DNA from: Chrysomallon squamiferum
Taxonomy: Eukaryota > Animalia > Mollusca
Direction of reading: 5' to 3'
Assembly (NCBI GenBank): GCA_012295275.1
Contig: CM022677.1
Coordinates: 2,108,001 to 2,172,000, forward strand
DNA length: 64,000 nt
The translations under genes and the position numbers were made by a program. The notes below the pieces were generated by a model. It was not told the DNA's origin. It saw nothing but the letters and a program-made list of their open reading frames with translations, and did not search any database. This document shows, one piece after another, positions 40,451-53,947 of the stretch (position 1 is its first letter; every line of letters begins with the position of its first letter).

Positions 40451-42599
40451 GATGTAACTTACAAATTATAATATTAATACAATAGACCTCTCCTAGTAGA
40501 ATAAAATGTAACTGTAATGAAATTATCAATATTGTTTATGATACAAAACAGTGATAAATCATAATAAAACATCACGTTATTTTCACTAAGTATCAATTTA
40601 TGATATAAACGTCGCTAGTTTTATGTATAAAACGTGAATTACGTCGCGTTTTACAAAACAGAAAACTTCGCTTATCTCTGTGGATTTTAATATTAATGTC
40701 GTTTGCTTTCCAAACTCAAATTTTGTGATTCAAGTAAAGTGTAACTGTAACTCAGTTTAAGAGAAAAATATTGTCACAATAGAGTGGCTTCCCCTGTATA
40801 ATCTAGTCATTAAGTTATTTATTTCTGAATTTACAAGTCCAGCTCTGTAAAATGCCACTATAAAATAAAAGCTCAGACTTTATAAGAATCCATTCATTTT
40901 TGTTCATACGTTGATAATAAATTTATGTTGTCATCATGAGCGCAGTTTTCACAGGTAATATCAAACTGAGCGGCGACATTTACTGTTATTAACTCTATCA
41001 AGATTATTTTTGAAAAGCCGATAAAATTCCTTTAGTTGTATCCAAGATTATACTGACAGTTTTATATATTTGTTATGGTGAACGTAATAAAATATCGATG
41101 TAAGCAGTGGTTATTTTACTAAGATGGAACGTAATTTCCACTCAGTCTCAGTTTAGTCGTATAAGCTGGTACTAAATAAAAACGTAAATTCTGTCGAGCA
41201 GTCTCAAATTATCTTCAGAAAACTACGAAATTAAATATGAAATTATACATAGAAATTAATGATTAACTGGTATAATATTGATTACCATATTTAAAAACAT
41301 GATTTACTTGAAAGGCCCTCTGTATTTCTCAAAACAATATATATATAAATAAATATATGTATAGTTTTATAAAATGTCTTTTAGAGAGACATGAAAAGAT
41401 ATGAACAGTATGGCTTTCTGTTACTTATTACTGTGATAATTACAAGTCCCGCGTAATGTCAATAACTTCAGAGACGTTATGAGAGTAATAGTTTATAGAT
41501 TTTAAAAGAAAATGTGATACTGCAGGAAATGCTGAGTTTAATATTATATTATCTCTCATAATCTAATTAATCCTCTAAATATTAATTATTCTGTAGTATA
41601 GCAATAAATATGTTGTTAATATCTCACTGATTAAAACTGCATAACGCCGTACAAATAAAACAAAAAAACAACAAAAAACAAACAATTGGTATTATTTTTA
41701 TTCGTATAAACCTTTCCAGGTATTAGAAAAGAAATTCTACTACTACTACTATTACTACTACTACCACTAATAATAATAATTATTATTATTATTATTATAA
41801 AAAAAAAAAAAAATAATAATAATAACATTAAGCTTATCCAGCAGCGCAGTTTATAAAGCAAAATGTAGAATCAGGAAAAATAATATTTTATATTCATTTC
41901 AAATTCTTCACCTTTTCCTGTATTTTTTATTTAACAGTGTCTTCGCCTCGGAAACTTGTTTTACATTGATGACGTAATCGAGACCTCGCGTACACTTTGT
42001 AGATAATTTGTTTATTTATTTCTATGAAATTTTCTGAAACAATTTTACAGTCAACTTTGCAAAAGTAATTTAAAATAATTAATTTTAAAATGAACATGCA
42101 ACACTGAAACAGTAGGAGAGACACAGAAAGAATATACATTATTAGGGAGATGCATAAAGATATAGATAGAACAATAATAATAATAACTAGTTTGGACTGT
42201 TCATAGAGAGAAGCAGGCGGCGACAGAAAATTGTTAAAACTGTGTAGAATTCATAGATTAACAGAGAAACACCTGGACAGATGTGGGTATATATATTTGA
42301 ATGTTAGAAAAACATATATACATACACACAAGTTGTATATGAGTGTATGTGTGTACTGAAGGAAATTATAATTTTTGTATGTGGTATCTGAGGCATGGAT
42401 ACCGAGCGATAGACAGACAGATGTGAATGTGAAAGATGAGTTGGTACAGTCATGTTATCTGTGAGAAAGAGTTAATGTGTTTGTTGTCAAATAACTGCTG
42501 CATGTGAAAGACAGTGTCCTTGTTTATGTATAAAAAAAGTTCTAAGTGTTTTGATTGTTGTTTTGTTTTTAAAAAATGAATAGAAAAATGATATACAAT

Positions 42600-43021
42600 T
42601 AGATAAAAAATACAATTAATAATTGGATTATTTTAATGATTTATTCTTATATCTTGATTTTGAATTGTAGTTATTAACATTAAAAGATATTTGAAAAAAG
42701 CTGAAATTAATCAGGCTAAAAGAGTAATTTTAGCTCTATTAAAACCAATATCTTTTTCAAAAACAGATTTGCAGTAATTTTTATTTTAAAGAAAATGAAA
42801 ATGAAACGATATAATAATAATAATAATAAATCAAATAAACCAACAAATAATGGAAACTCGTTGTTTAGAAACTGTTGTATTTAATATTGGAATATTTTGC
42901 TCGAATTTTTTATTTTTATTATTCAATTAGCTGAATTCATCTAAAAGTAGTAAATTGAATTTAGCTCAGTCGTTTTCTATTAATGGTCTAAAGGAAATAA
43001 CTCTATTTAACGGGTTTGTAA

Positions 43022-43108
<87 letters not shown>

Positions 43109-45020
43109 TACAGAATGCCATTTTTGTTGATTAGTGTTCATTCTAGTGCTTTGATTGTTTGTTTTTGTAAAATCGAACAAAATGTATATATAAAAGATAA
43201 TGATTATATCAGATTATCTTTTCTGGTTGACAACAAATAACGAAGATATTGATCAGTATATAAATAATAAAACTAAAAACAGACTAAGACTAGTCTTTAT
43301 TTATTTATTTTTGTTTTAAATTATTTGAATGTGCCTTAACATTTTTAATGTTAAGAAATTGATTTTCCATTTTGATTATTGTTTTTAGATAAGATGCAAT
43401 GGGTTTGATTTTGTAGATGTCAGGATTTAAAACAGTTAATTACAAATAATGTTTTTGTATTAAAAATATTTGTACTGCCACTCATTTATGTAACATGTCC
43501 TGGTTGTATTTTATTATTTTATATCTTTTATTATTTATTTATGAATTTATTTATGTATTTATTTAATTTCATTTTTCCCCCTAGCTTTTTAATTGAATTA
43601 ATTCAGTACAGATTATAAAATACTTCGAAGACATTTCCATTTGCACATATTTGAAATAATTTTTTAAATTTTTCCAACATGTGAAAGGCTAATTATAAAA
43701 TACTGAGAAAAATTCCATTTATGTACATTTTTTCTCTTCTTTGATTTTTATCATTTTTAAATTATGATTTTCTATTTTTAAAGATTCCTTATTGAAATAA
43801 TTCAATTATTCTTTCTAAAATGGGAAAGTTGCTAGAAATGTCTAAACAGAAATAACTGAATATTTAAGTTTTATTATCTAGCCAGGTTTTTAAGTAATTT
43901 CAACTTGAAGATGATCATGTTTCTTGTAATTAAAAATAACTAAGTCATGGTTAATGCAAATAAAAGTTTAATTTAGTTAACAGTTTACATTAGAAATATA
44001 TTATTATAATATTTTTTATTTTTGTATTACTTTATTGGGAGAGTTATATAACATATTCTTATTACCCCTAATTACATAATTTAAATATATTTACACAATG
44101 ATTATCCCCTGAATTAAAGATTTTTTCCCAACTTTTTTGTATAAAAAATTATAATTACCCCTGACATAATTTTCAATTATATTTACATTTATTACCCCCA
44201 GCAAACCCCTGATTTTACACTGATTTAAATAATATAAAGAAAAAATGTTGTTTTATTGTGTTTTAATAAAAAATTCAAATACCTCTAATTACATAGTTTT
44301 AAATATATTTAGACTGATTAACCCCAGCAAACCCTTGATTTACCCCGATTTAAATAATATAAAAAATAGATTAAAAAAGTTACCTATCACACTGATTTTA
44401 GCTTATTTACAAAGATGGTCCTCCATAGCAACGATGAATCTCCATTCAGCTTTCAGCAAAAAAGTTAGAATAACCAAGCACACATCAATGATAAAAACAG
44501 TGCAAGCTGCTATGAAGTACAATGTGTACACTGGATGTTCTCATCACATTGACAATGCAGTCTCTTGGAGATCACTGAGTGTTAGAAATTCAAATTACAT
44601 TTCAGACAGATTTTCTCTTGAAAGACTGAGATGTAATAGCTTTCTGGTGAATTTTTTCTGAAAATGCAGTGCTGGCTAAGGCAGCATGGATCTGTTGTCT
44701 AGGATCCTACAACAAAATATAATATTCATTAATAAACTAAACATAAAATAAAGTGAAAGACGCTCTAACTGCATTTCACTGTCTTATCAAGAAGAATTTT
44801 AGTCCAAATTTGTATTTTTTCCATGCAATTTAAAATTAAAATAATTTATTAAAGGTTTTTATATTCTTAATTTCAATCAGATTAATACTGTAAATATCTT
44901 TCACCTGTATTAAATCTATCTTTTTTCTGAGATTAGAGATATTAAAAATAGCAAATTACAAATGTATACAACTATTCTGTTCACTGTTCTATTAGGCTGG
45001 CATGTAAATTATTACAAGGT
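42600..45020 (-). repeat. Inverted copy of ~24100-26400 / 19080-20050 carrying LRMP-like copy 4 (last exon 44407-44706)
   Basis: Reverse-complement matches. Translation EHPVYTLYFIAACTVFIIDVCLVILTF..(frameshift)MEIHRCYGGPSL*. Confidence 0.85.
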
Positions 45021-46025
45021 TTGTTGGTGCATAAACCATTATTACATTGATTCTGTACTAGCAAAACTTAACATATCAAGCAAATAGGTTTGCTTTATGA
45101 AACATTTATATAAAATAATCAGTATATAAAAATAAAATCATCAAAGAAGAGAAAAACAAGATTGTTGATATTTTCTAGCTATCCATTATTATTTATAGTC
45201 CAGATAAGATGGAAACACATGAGTGAGAGCTACTAAAAATAAAAAAGTAAAGTGCTGCAATCCATACAACAAGAAAAACTGCTGACAGAAGCTTGGAATT
45301 TCCTAAACAAACAGTTCTACAGATTTCCTAAAATCACTCATCTAGATCCATTACTAAAATACACCATTAATGTAAATGAAATAACAATAAATCATTTCTT
45401 TATCATATTTCAGGCTCTGAATAAAACAAAGTTGAACTTAAAAATACTGAAACATAAATAAATCCTAGTGAAAACATTAAATTATTGCTCAAAATGCTCT
45501 TTTATATATTACATACAACTAGTAATAAATACAAAATACAAAATAAAAGATTATACTTTAACTACTAAAGTGCAGATCACTTAATAACTCAAAACAATAT
45601 TATTTGCTTTAGTATTATGTTGAGTAGATTACTCACCACCAAACATAAAACTAATTTTCATGACATTCTTGTCACTCTAGGAGCAACACACATAAACTAG
45701 GTGTGTACCTTGTACTTCGTACAGGGCTGGGAGACCTACTGCACTGGGGTAACAGTGATTTACAAAATAAAACACCAAAATTACTTTTCTATTGTTTTTA
45801 TCATCATCACACCATTATTCATAAATATTGTCAACATCATCATACTAAATAAATAATGTTGAAATTAAATGAACAATCTTGAATATTAGAAAACAAAATA
45901 TGTATGTATGTGGTTAATATATTGTCTATAAGCAACAGCAAAAGCTAAATTTTTCTTATGCGAATAAAGCAAAGCACGAATAGATAAATCTCTAGAATCA
46001 ATAGTAAGAATGTATTTGTAACCAA

Positions 46026-46895
46026 TCAGTCACACATGTGTTTCCATAGCTTCTTCTTCTTATTGTTGGAGAGAACTTTGATGCATGTATCTGGAATAAT
46101 GAAGATTAATTCCAAAGTAAATTCATCCACAAAATCACATACAGCTTCATCTCGTAGAATAACACCTTGATCTTTGAAGAATTTGTCAAACACACACCAC
46201 ATCTTTGGGTTAGGGGATTTGGTATTTGCAATCTTCTTGGTTGGCTCCAACTCTGAAGCAATACATTCTTTTCTCCAAAGCTTTGACATCAGGTTGATCC
46301 AATCCATCTCCAGGTTCAGTGTTTGATCACATAAACACTGGTGTCTTGTAAAGATTTGATCTCAACTTTTGATGTATTATCTCGTAACATTGATTTATAA
46401 TATTCCTTGGTGAGGTTCGTGATGTTGCATTCGTTGATAAGAATAATTCTTTTACCGACACAAGATTGAAAGGCAAATCTTTCATTTTTTACCAGCTCTT
46501 TCAATGGCAGACGTCGACAACAGGGTAAATGGTTCAATCAACCAATATGATTTGCTGATAGTTGATGACAAAACAGAAGGTTGATTTATCCATATGATCT
46601 TTTTGTAGAATGGTCAGGGCTTTGGCAACAATGTCCATTGGTCCATGTTGTTCAGTAAACACCCTAAAACAAAGTTTGTTGCTGATTCTTCTGGTGATGC
46701 AATAAGAAGTCCATTAGGTGCTTTCTCTGGAAGATCAACAGTTTTTAGGTAATCGATGAAATTACCTAAATCCATTCTGTCTTGAGTTTCCAATAATTCT
46801 TTGACAATTCTTTGATAGCTCTGGTTAAAACCTCCCTGTGTACTATCATTAGTTTTGCAAAGTTTTTGTTAACTTGTTGAATTGTAGAAGTAGAT
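46026..46895 (-). mobile_element. Endogenous parvovirus/densovirus-like element: degenerate NS1 SF3 helicase region
   Basis: Minus strand gives ILQKDHMDKSTFCFV/SSTISKSYW (eroded Walker A, ~46545-46600), KNERFAFQSCVGKRIILINE (FxFxxCxxKR plus Walker B) and YKSMLRDNTSKVEIK (motif B'), with downstream SPNPKMW. Frameshifts and stops are present. Confidence 0.8.
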
Positions 46896-46899
46896 TGTC

Positions 46900-46966
46900 T
46901 GTCGTCTTCAGCTGAAAGGTAAGGAGCGGTCAGCGCCAGCCCCTTACCTTTTACCTGAAGACGACA
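46900..46966. repeat. Hairpin with 25-bp arms and a GC-rich 17-nt loop at the edge of the viral element
   Basis: tgtcgtcttcagctgaaaggtaagg-agcggtcagcgccagcc-ccttaccttttacctgaagacgaca (2 mismatches). Confidence 0.88.
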
Positions 46967-46989
46967 CCTGTGACCTTTGACCTCTTACC

Positions 46990-47538
46990 TGAAGAAATCA
47001 TAGCAGTAGCAGTTAGAAAGAATGCAAGAAGCATTGGCTGCCCTTCCGATATTCTGAAAGGGAAATATAGTCGACACCAGTTTGATTTATGTCCTGAAAG
47101 ACTCCTGAGTGAATCTGACATGAACAGTGTGTTACTTCATCAAGCCAACAAAGAGCAGTCTCAACACGGTGGTCAGGGTTTTGTCAAGTGCAGTTGTAAT
47201 GGACCTAAGAGCTGTCAGAGTAAGAGATGTGCTTGTTAAAAACATAATGTTTTCTGTAATAACAGAAGTGACAACAGTGTAAATTGTTTAAATAAATGAA
47301 GTATGTATTATGTGTCACCAATGCATTATACTGGTAAATTGTTGTTACATGTGTTTGATTATTCAATACAGATGAAACATAGTTTAGTTATTAGAAAACA
47401 CCCAAGAAATACCCTTTAGTCATCTGGCCAAATGACTGAAGGTAATTTTCAGTGATTTGGCCAAATGACTGGAAATTTTATTCATTTTGGCCAAATGACT
47501 AGCGGTCAGAGGCAACTGACAAAATGACTGGTTTGACA
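46990..47538 (+). mobile_element. 3' end of a Ginger2/TDD-like (KRBA2/SCAND3-type integrase) DNA transposon
   Basis: LKGKYSRHQFDLC...QSQHGGQGFVKCSCNGPKSCQSKRCAC*KHNVFCNNR..SVNCLNK* is the typical Cys-rich tail. Subterminal ggccaaatgact x3; ends ...tttgACA. Confidence 0.82.
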
Positions 47539-47629
47539 CATTGACTGAAACATGTATAGCTGCTCGTATTCTTATAGGAAATTTTTGGCAAACAATTGCA
47601 GTTTTTGGAGGGTTTTTTGCCATAAACAT

Positions 47630-48285
47630 GAGCAGTAAGAAAGTTACAAACAAGCAGACATTATGAATGATGTCAGATCTGAGGATGAGAATGAAGGATT
47701 GGAATATGGAAATAAACGTGTTGGAATGTGAATAATAGTGATTTTGAAAGCAAAGAGAGTGACGATGATGTTGTCAGTGATACAAATAATAAAAACATGA
47801 ATGCACGTGAAGGTGAAAATGATTCTGCTGACAATCACAGCCCAGGTGATGATGTTTTACAACCTGTTGGTAGAGGATGCGGCATGGTTTTGATGTGGTT
47901 GAGGTGCGCAACGGAATTCTCAGCCTCCCTTAGATCAGTGTCAGTGGATGAATGACACAAATGATGTTTTGTGGCAGCTCTTTGCTTTTGAAACTAATGG
48001 CAGGCAGAACATGTCAGAGAAGGAAAACCTCACATTATTATACAAAATCCTTTAGTTCTCAGGCCTTGTCACTAACAGAGATAAAAACATTTTTTTGCTG
48101 TCAAGTAGTGATGGAAATACTTATTCACAAGGACCGCTTTGGACAATTTTGGCGAGATACGGAAAATGTCTTGACCATCACAACTGCATTTCCACAGATT
48201 TTTAGCAATATGGTCTATGCTACATAGTGTAAATGAATTAGACCCAGAGCTTGACAAATCTGATAAGAATTACAAAATCATGTTC
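47630..48285 (+). mobile_element. piggyBac transposase N-terminal remnant
   Basis: Acidic SDFESKESDDD start; TEIKTFFCCQVVMEILIHKDRFGQFW..TTAFPQI; LHSVNE..DKSDKNYKI (PGBD-type LH...D..YKI). Confidence 0.7.
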
Positions 48286-48499
48286 TGTCACTTGTCAGGT
48301 TGTATTATACATTATAATACATGTTTCTATACTGCCATTTTCTTCTTTACTGTCAGATGTACACAGGCCTTTCTGCATCAAACTACGCAAATAAATCCTA
48401 AGGATACTTTGATATTTCATCAAGCTCTAAGTAAGAAAAATATCAAAACATTACAAAACTGCAAGGAAACAAGACACTGATTCTGAATTTATAAATAAT

Positions 48500-50240
48500 A
48501 TAATCTCTGATATAAATGCTATATTTATAAAGGCAGCCAAAAAAACATTTGGGATGAAACCCACCTACAATACAATAAAGAAACATCCTTATAATAAGGC
48601 CTGGTTTAACAGAACTTTAAACTACAAGACAGGAAGTCAGAAAAGCCAGAAGAAGATATAAACAATATGGTGGAAGTAAACTGAAAGCTGGCTTGAAATA
48701 CAAAGAAAATCAGTATAAAACACTAAACAGAGCTGTTAGGGAATATCTATTAAACAAAAAATGAAAATTATAATAAAAATCAAATCTCAAAGAGTACTTG
48801 TCAGTTCTGAACAACAGTAAGCAGAGATGGTCAACTGATTCTTTATTTCATTTTTTCAAAACTCTTAATAGCAATGTTGATGAAACATGTAGCACAATAG
48901 AAGAATTACTCAAGGACAAGAAACTACTAATGATATTCTGAACAAGTCTCATTCAGCCGAGGAAACATCTGGAGCAGTGAACAGACTGCATTGTCATTGA
49001 CCAGCTGGAGAAGACTTTATTATTAATGACTATATTAAGTATACTGCTAATGTTATGTTACATTTATATGTTCTGTTGTTTAATGTTATTCTTGACTCAG
49101 CAATTATACCATCCGATTGGTTAGTGGGACTCCTCAAACCAATATAAAAAATAAAGGAGCTCGAAATGAACCTGAAAATTATAGACTATTATATATATTA
49201 TTAAGTTGTTCAGGTAAATTTTTTACATCCGTACTTAATTCTAGATTAAATAAGTATGCAGATGAAATAAACCTGTCTTTAGAAAAACAAGCTGGATTTT
49301 GCAAAAACGACAGACCTTATATTTTCTTTATACTCGCTAATTATTTTAATGAACAAATGTAAAAAGAAATGGTATTGTGTTTTTATAGATTTTGAGAAAG
49401 CATTTGACAGAGTCTGGAGAATTGGATTACGGAATTAAATTTGGATAAATGGAAAATGTTTTAATGTCTTAGTAAATATGTATAAAATACTAAGGTTAAA
49501 ATCATACGAATGGTTTGTTATCTGATAGTTTTGATTGTGAAATAGGTGCCAGGCAAAAAGAAAATCTCTCACCATTTTTATTTTCTGTTTTTCTAAATGG
49601 CTTAGAGGAATTTCTTATAGATAGCAAAGCGTAGGGCAATTACAACAATGTTTAGTGAAGAATTTAATGTTTAATTAAAGCTTTTTATTCTACTGTATGC
49701 TGATGATACAATACTGTTAGCAGAAACTCTGGTTGTTCTACAACATAATCTTAATGTTTTTGTCAATTACTGCCAACAATGGAGACTTAAAGTTAATATA
49801 AATAGAACTAAAATAATGATTTTCAGTAAAAGGAGAAAAACTTGTGATTATATATTTATATTTGATATAACTATAAATACACTTCACATGAAATGGTCTA
49901 TTCACTTACAGTGTAAAATAACTATATAATAAAGCAATGAAAGCTATGTATAGCCTAATAGCTGAAGGTCATCAGAATAATCTCTCTAATGACTGTATAC
50001 TTGATTTATTTGACAAATTAATACAGCCAATTTTATTGTATGGTTGTGAAATATGGGGTTTTACAAATATACAACTAATAGAAAGACATTTTAAAATCAA
50101 ATAAACTTTGAAAACTAGTTTACTTTGCTATCTCAAAAGAATGCGAAAGTCTTATGTAAATTTACAACCATGATTAACTTCCTACTGAAACGGGTCTACT
50201 ATTCTAAGAGAAAACAGAAAATGTCAAATCTGTAATCTTA
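48500..50240 (+). mobile_element. Degenerate non-LTR retrotransposon ORF2 / reverse transcriptase (CR1/L2-type)
   Basis: Motifs in order across frameshifts: WFN, LFNVILDS.IIPSDW, KNKG..EPENYR, LLSCSGKFFTSVLNSRL, QAGF, FIDFEKAFDRV, RQ.ENLSP.LF, LYADD, WRLKVN..TKIMIF, PILLYGCEIWG. Confidence 0.92.
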
Positions 50241-50244
50241 ACAC

Positions 50245-50385
50245 AATACTTTCTGACTGTTGTTGTTCTTTGCCACCATCATGCACAGCCATCACAGTTA
50301 TCTGCCAAGTGATTTCGTTAGGCGGCACAGCAGATGAAGTGTTTTTACCAGCATCAGCTTGTTTCAATTCAAGTCTGCAATTTTC
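50245..50385 (-). pseudogene. Fragment homologous to the exon relics at ~21340, ~23320 and ~60400
   Basis: KQADAGKNTSSAVPPNEITWQITVMAVHDGGK, compared with KQADAGKKTSSAVLPNKTW*MTVCDGGKDNSQEVEQQVT. Confidence 0.6.
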
Positions 50386-50389
50386 AGTA

Positions 50390-53300
50390 TTGCTGACACA
50401 CACATACACATACTATTATCAGGTGGCAGTTATCACTGTTCCTGACACACACACACATAGATACACTATTATCAGGTAGAAATTATCACTGCTGCTTTGA
50501 TACCCACAAACATATGCACGCACGGTTATCCAGGTGGCAATTATGGCTAATGTTGATGAACAAACGCACAACTATTATCACGTGGCGGTTAATCATCCAT
50601 ATTGATGATGCAATCCCGCACGCACTGCCGCCACATTATTCTCAGAGTAGCGGTTATCAATTTCCTGATGCACGGAAGAAACGCATATGTACATTAATAA
50701 CGCACATTATTATAAAAGAAGATTTTTCCAGTATTGCTGACGTATGTACCTATAGGCACACAATTGTTAAGAAATTATCACTGTGATGATGCACCTAAGC
50801 ATTAATGCACACATACTCCACACCATTTTCCCAGAGTGGCACCATCACCATTGCTGATATATACGCTACTAATCAAGTTATCAGAGAGAAATTATCACTT
50901 TACTACTGATACACCTCACACACAACAAACACAGACACACTATTGCTGACACCTGAAACACACACTCCACCCCAGACACACACCATTACTCACAGCAGTT
51001 TTCCAACACAGCACACACACCATGCTAAATATCGGTGTCAACCACGATTGACACCCCACACACACGTATTATTATCCAGGTAGCAGTTATCACTGGGCTG
51101 ATACACACACACACCGCACTATTATCAGGGTAGAAAGTATAACTACCAATAGCTTGGAATTACGCATAATTGCTGGATACAAACATGACACACACACACT
51201 GTTGTCAGGGTAGGTTACTGTGTGCTGATATGAATAACCTCACGCACACAAACACACACTTATCAGGTAGAGAAAAAGTATCGGCGTTTCATCCTGATGT
51301 CAAGACACAGATACTGTATTATAAGAGAGAAGCTATCACTGGCATTGATACACCCATCACAATATTATCAAGGTAGTTATCAACGTTCCTGACAAACAGA
51401 ACCTTTACAATACTATTACATCCAGGTAGCAGTTTATCACCATTTCTCATACATTCGAAACATTCAGCCACACTATCCAGGTAACAGTTTATCACCATTC
51501 ACACGCTCACACCCACAGCATTTTCGGACTTACCAATTATCACTGTAGATATTGCAAACACTCTATTATTATCATCAAAATTATCGCACTTTTTGATAAC
51601 CCCGAATACATACTGTTATCTGAGTAGGCACTGATCACTTGATTTACTCCTGGAAATACTATTATAAAGAAACAATTATCACCACTGCTGATAGTACTCA
51701 CGCATACCTATTATCACAGTAATTTTTCTCTCTAATGCTTTTACATTCACTCAAGATACGAGACACACATAATTGTTAACGAATTGGCATTTACCGCTAC
51801 TGATACACTCAACCGGACTCTATATAATTGGACAGAGCACACTGTTATCCAGGTAGGCAATTTTAATTGCTCACGAAACCACCATTTTCAAAGTGGGAAA
51901 TATCACTATTGATAAAACAAACACACACACACATACTATTACCAGAACTAGCGGTTATCAGGTCATTAGATATGCTCACTGAATGTTACTATCAGGAGGC
52001 CGTTGTCGCCATATTGCTTTTTGCTCAGAGTTACAGACACCAGATACTATTATCAGAGCATCTGATGCTCTCTCACACATACACTCACAGTCACATACAT
52101 ATTGTCCAGGTGAGAAATTACAGGTATTGCTCATGCACCTCAAACACACATATGCGCTGTTTCCCAGTTACCAACTTGTTTGACACACACATACACACAC
52201 ACTATTATCAGGTAAGCAAGTTCTCACTGTTGCTGATATGCCTCACAAACACACATATACTCATTATCAGACTAGCAATCTGTTATCAGTATTTGATGAT
52301 ATACCACATAGATATTGTCGGTAGCAATTATCACTGTTGGATAAGCAATCCTGGAAACACACACACTATTATCCAGGAGGCGAGTAATCCTGGTGCTGTT
52401 AGGACACACAGACACACTTTTATCAGACAGCGGAATTGTCGGTTGCTGATACACTGATTGACAGACACACACACACATGCCCACACTCCATTATCCGGTA
52501 GGATTATCACCATTGTTGATTTACTCACACACAAACACACATATTATCAGAGTAGCGGTAGACCTCAAATGTATACATACGGACTATTATCAGAATAGCA
52601 ATTAGCAGTATTTCTAGAAACACATACATGCCAGATCCCATTATCAGGTAGAAATTATCACAATTTGCTGATATACGCACACACATACTATTATCAGAGT
52701 AGGTTATCGCTATTATCATACGCTCCAAGCAAAATATCTATTATCATTGAAGAGGTGAATTATCATTATTGCTATAATATACCACATTCACACCGATACT
52801 ATTATCAGGAGTAGCAATTATCATTATTGATACACACACATAATCCAGGTACCAGAGGTAGAACTGTTGCCTATTACACTCATGCACGCATACACTGGGG
52901 CGGTTGCCGCTATGCACTGATACACTCAGACCGCATATGCCACCATGCCATTATCACTGTTGCTAATACACCTCACACACACACACATTACATTACGTTA
53001 TACTGAGGTAGCAAAGTGTTCCATTGCTGGATGATCTCCAAACATACACTCACAGATCATTATCAGAGTCACTACAATGTGCTGACACATACATACATAC
53101 ACACTATTATCTGAGAGTGGTTATCACTGTTAAGATGTGCTCCTATATATAATAGTGTAGCCGGTTTGACTATTCCCCTACAAACACACATATTACATAC
53201 ATTATCACTAGAAGGAAGACACTATTTCTCGTATACTAATGTCAAAGATACACACATACATTATTATCATTGTAATTACTACCTATTTGCTGGATATACC

Positions 53301-53690
53301 TCCTGAACCAAACACACATGGCATTTTATCGGAGAAATATCACTATTGCTGATACACCTCCTGAACCCAAAAACACATGCTTATTATCAGAGGAGAATGA
53401 TTATCACTGTTGCTGATAAATATAGAGATTATTATCAAAGTAGCAGTTATCAATTAATGCTCATATCCCACACACGTATATATATGCACACATAGATACA
53501 TACTATTATTAGGAATATCATTATTGTTTTTCTTTTGTAATAATTTATAATTTTACCTTTTACGGACACGCACACTTAGTTGCTGGAGGAAAGTGCTTAT
53601 CCCAGTATTGGGCTGACACACACACAATACACATGCTACAGATCATTATCAAGGCACCATCTAAATGCCAAGCAATACACACCTTACTAC
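50390..53690. repeat. Highly degenerate ~40-45 bp satellite array
   Basis: Recurrent unit (ca)n-tactattatcaggtagcagttatcactgttgctga, running up to the gap with many indels. Confidence 0.85.
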
Positions 53691-53747
53691 TTCCCAGGAA
53701 TATGTGTAAACATAAGTAAAGATGAAATTAAATGAATTATAAAAGGC

Positions 53748-53947
53748 NNNNNNNNNNNNNNNNNNNNNNNNNNNNNNNNNNNNNNNNNNNNNNNNNNNNN
53801 NNNNNNNNNNNNNNNNNNNNNNNNNNNNNNNNNNNNNNNNNNNNNNNNNNNNNNNNNNNNNNNNNNNNNNNNNNNNNNNNNNNNNNNNNNNNNNNNNNNN
53901 NNNNNNNNNNNNNNNNNNNNNNNNNNNNNNNNNNNNNNNNNNNNNNN
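53748..53947. other. Scaffold gap (200 N)
   Basis: N run. Confidence 1.

Noticed and set aside
44245-44661. 138-aa plus-strand ORF
   Set aside because: Antisense to the KASH-like last exon, and its counterparts in the other copies are not open.
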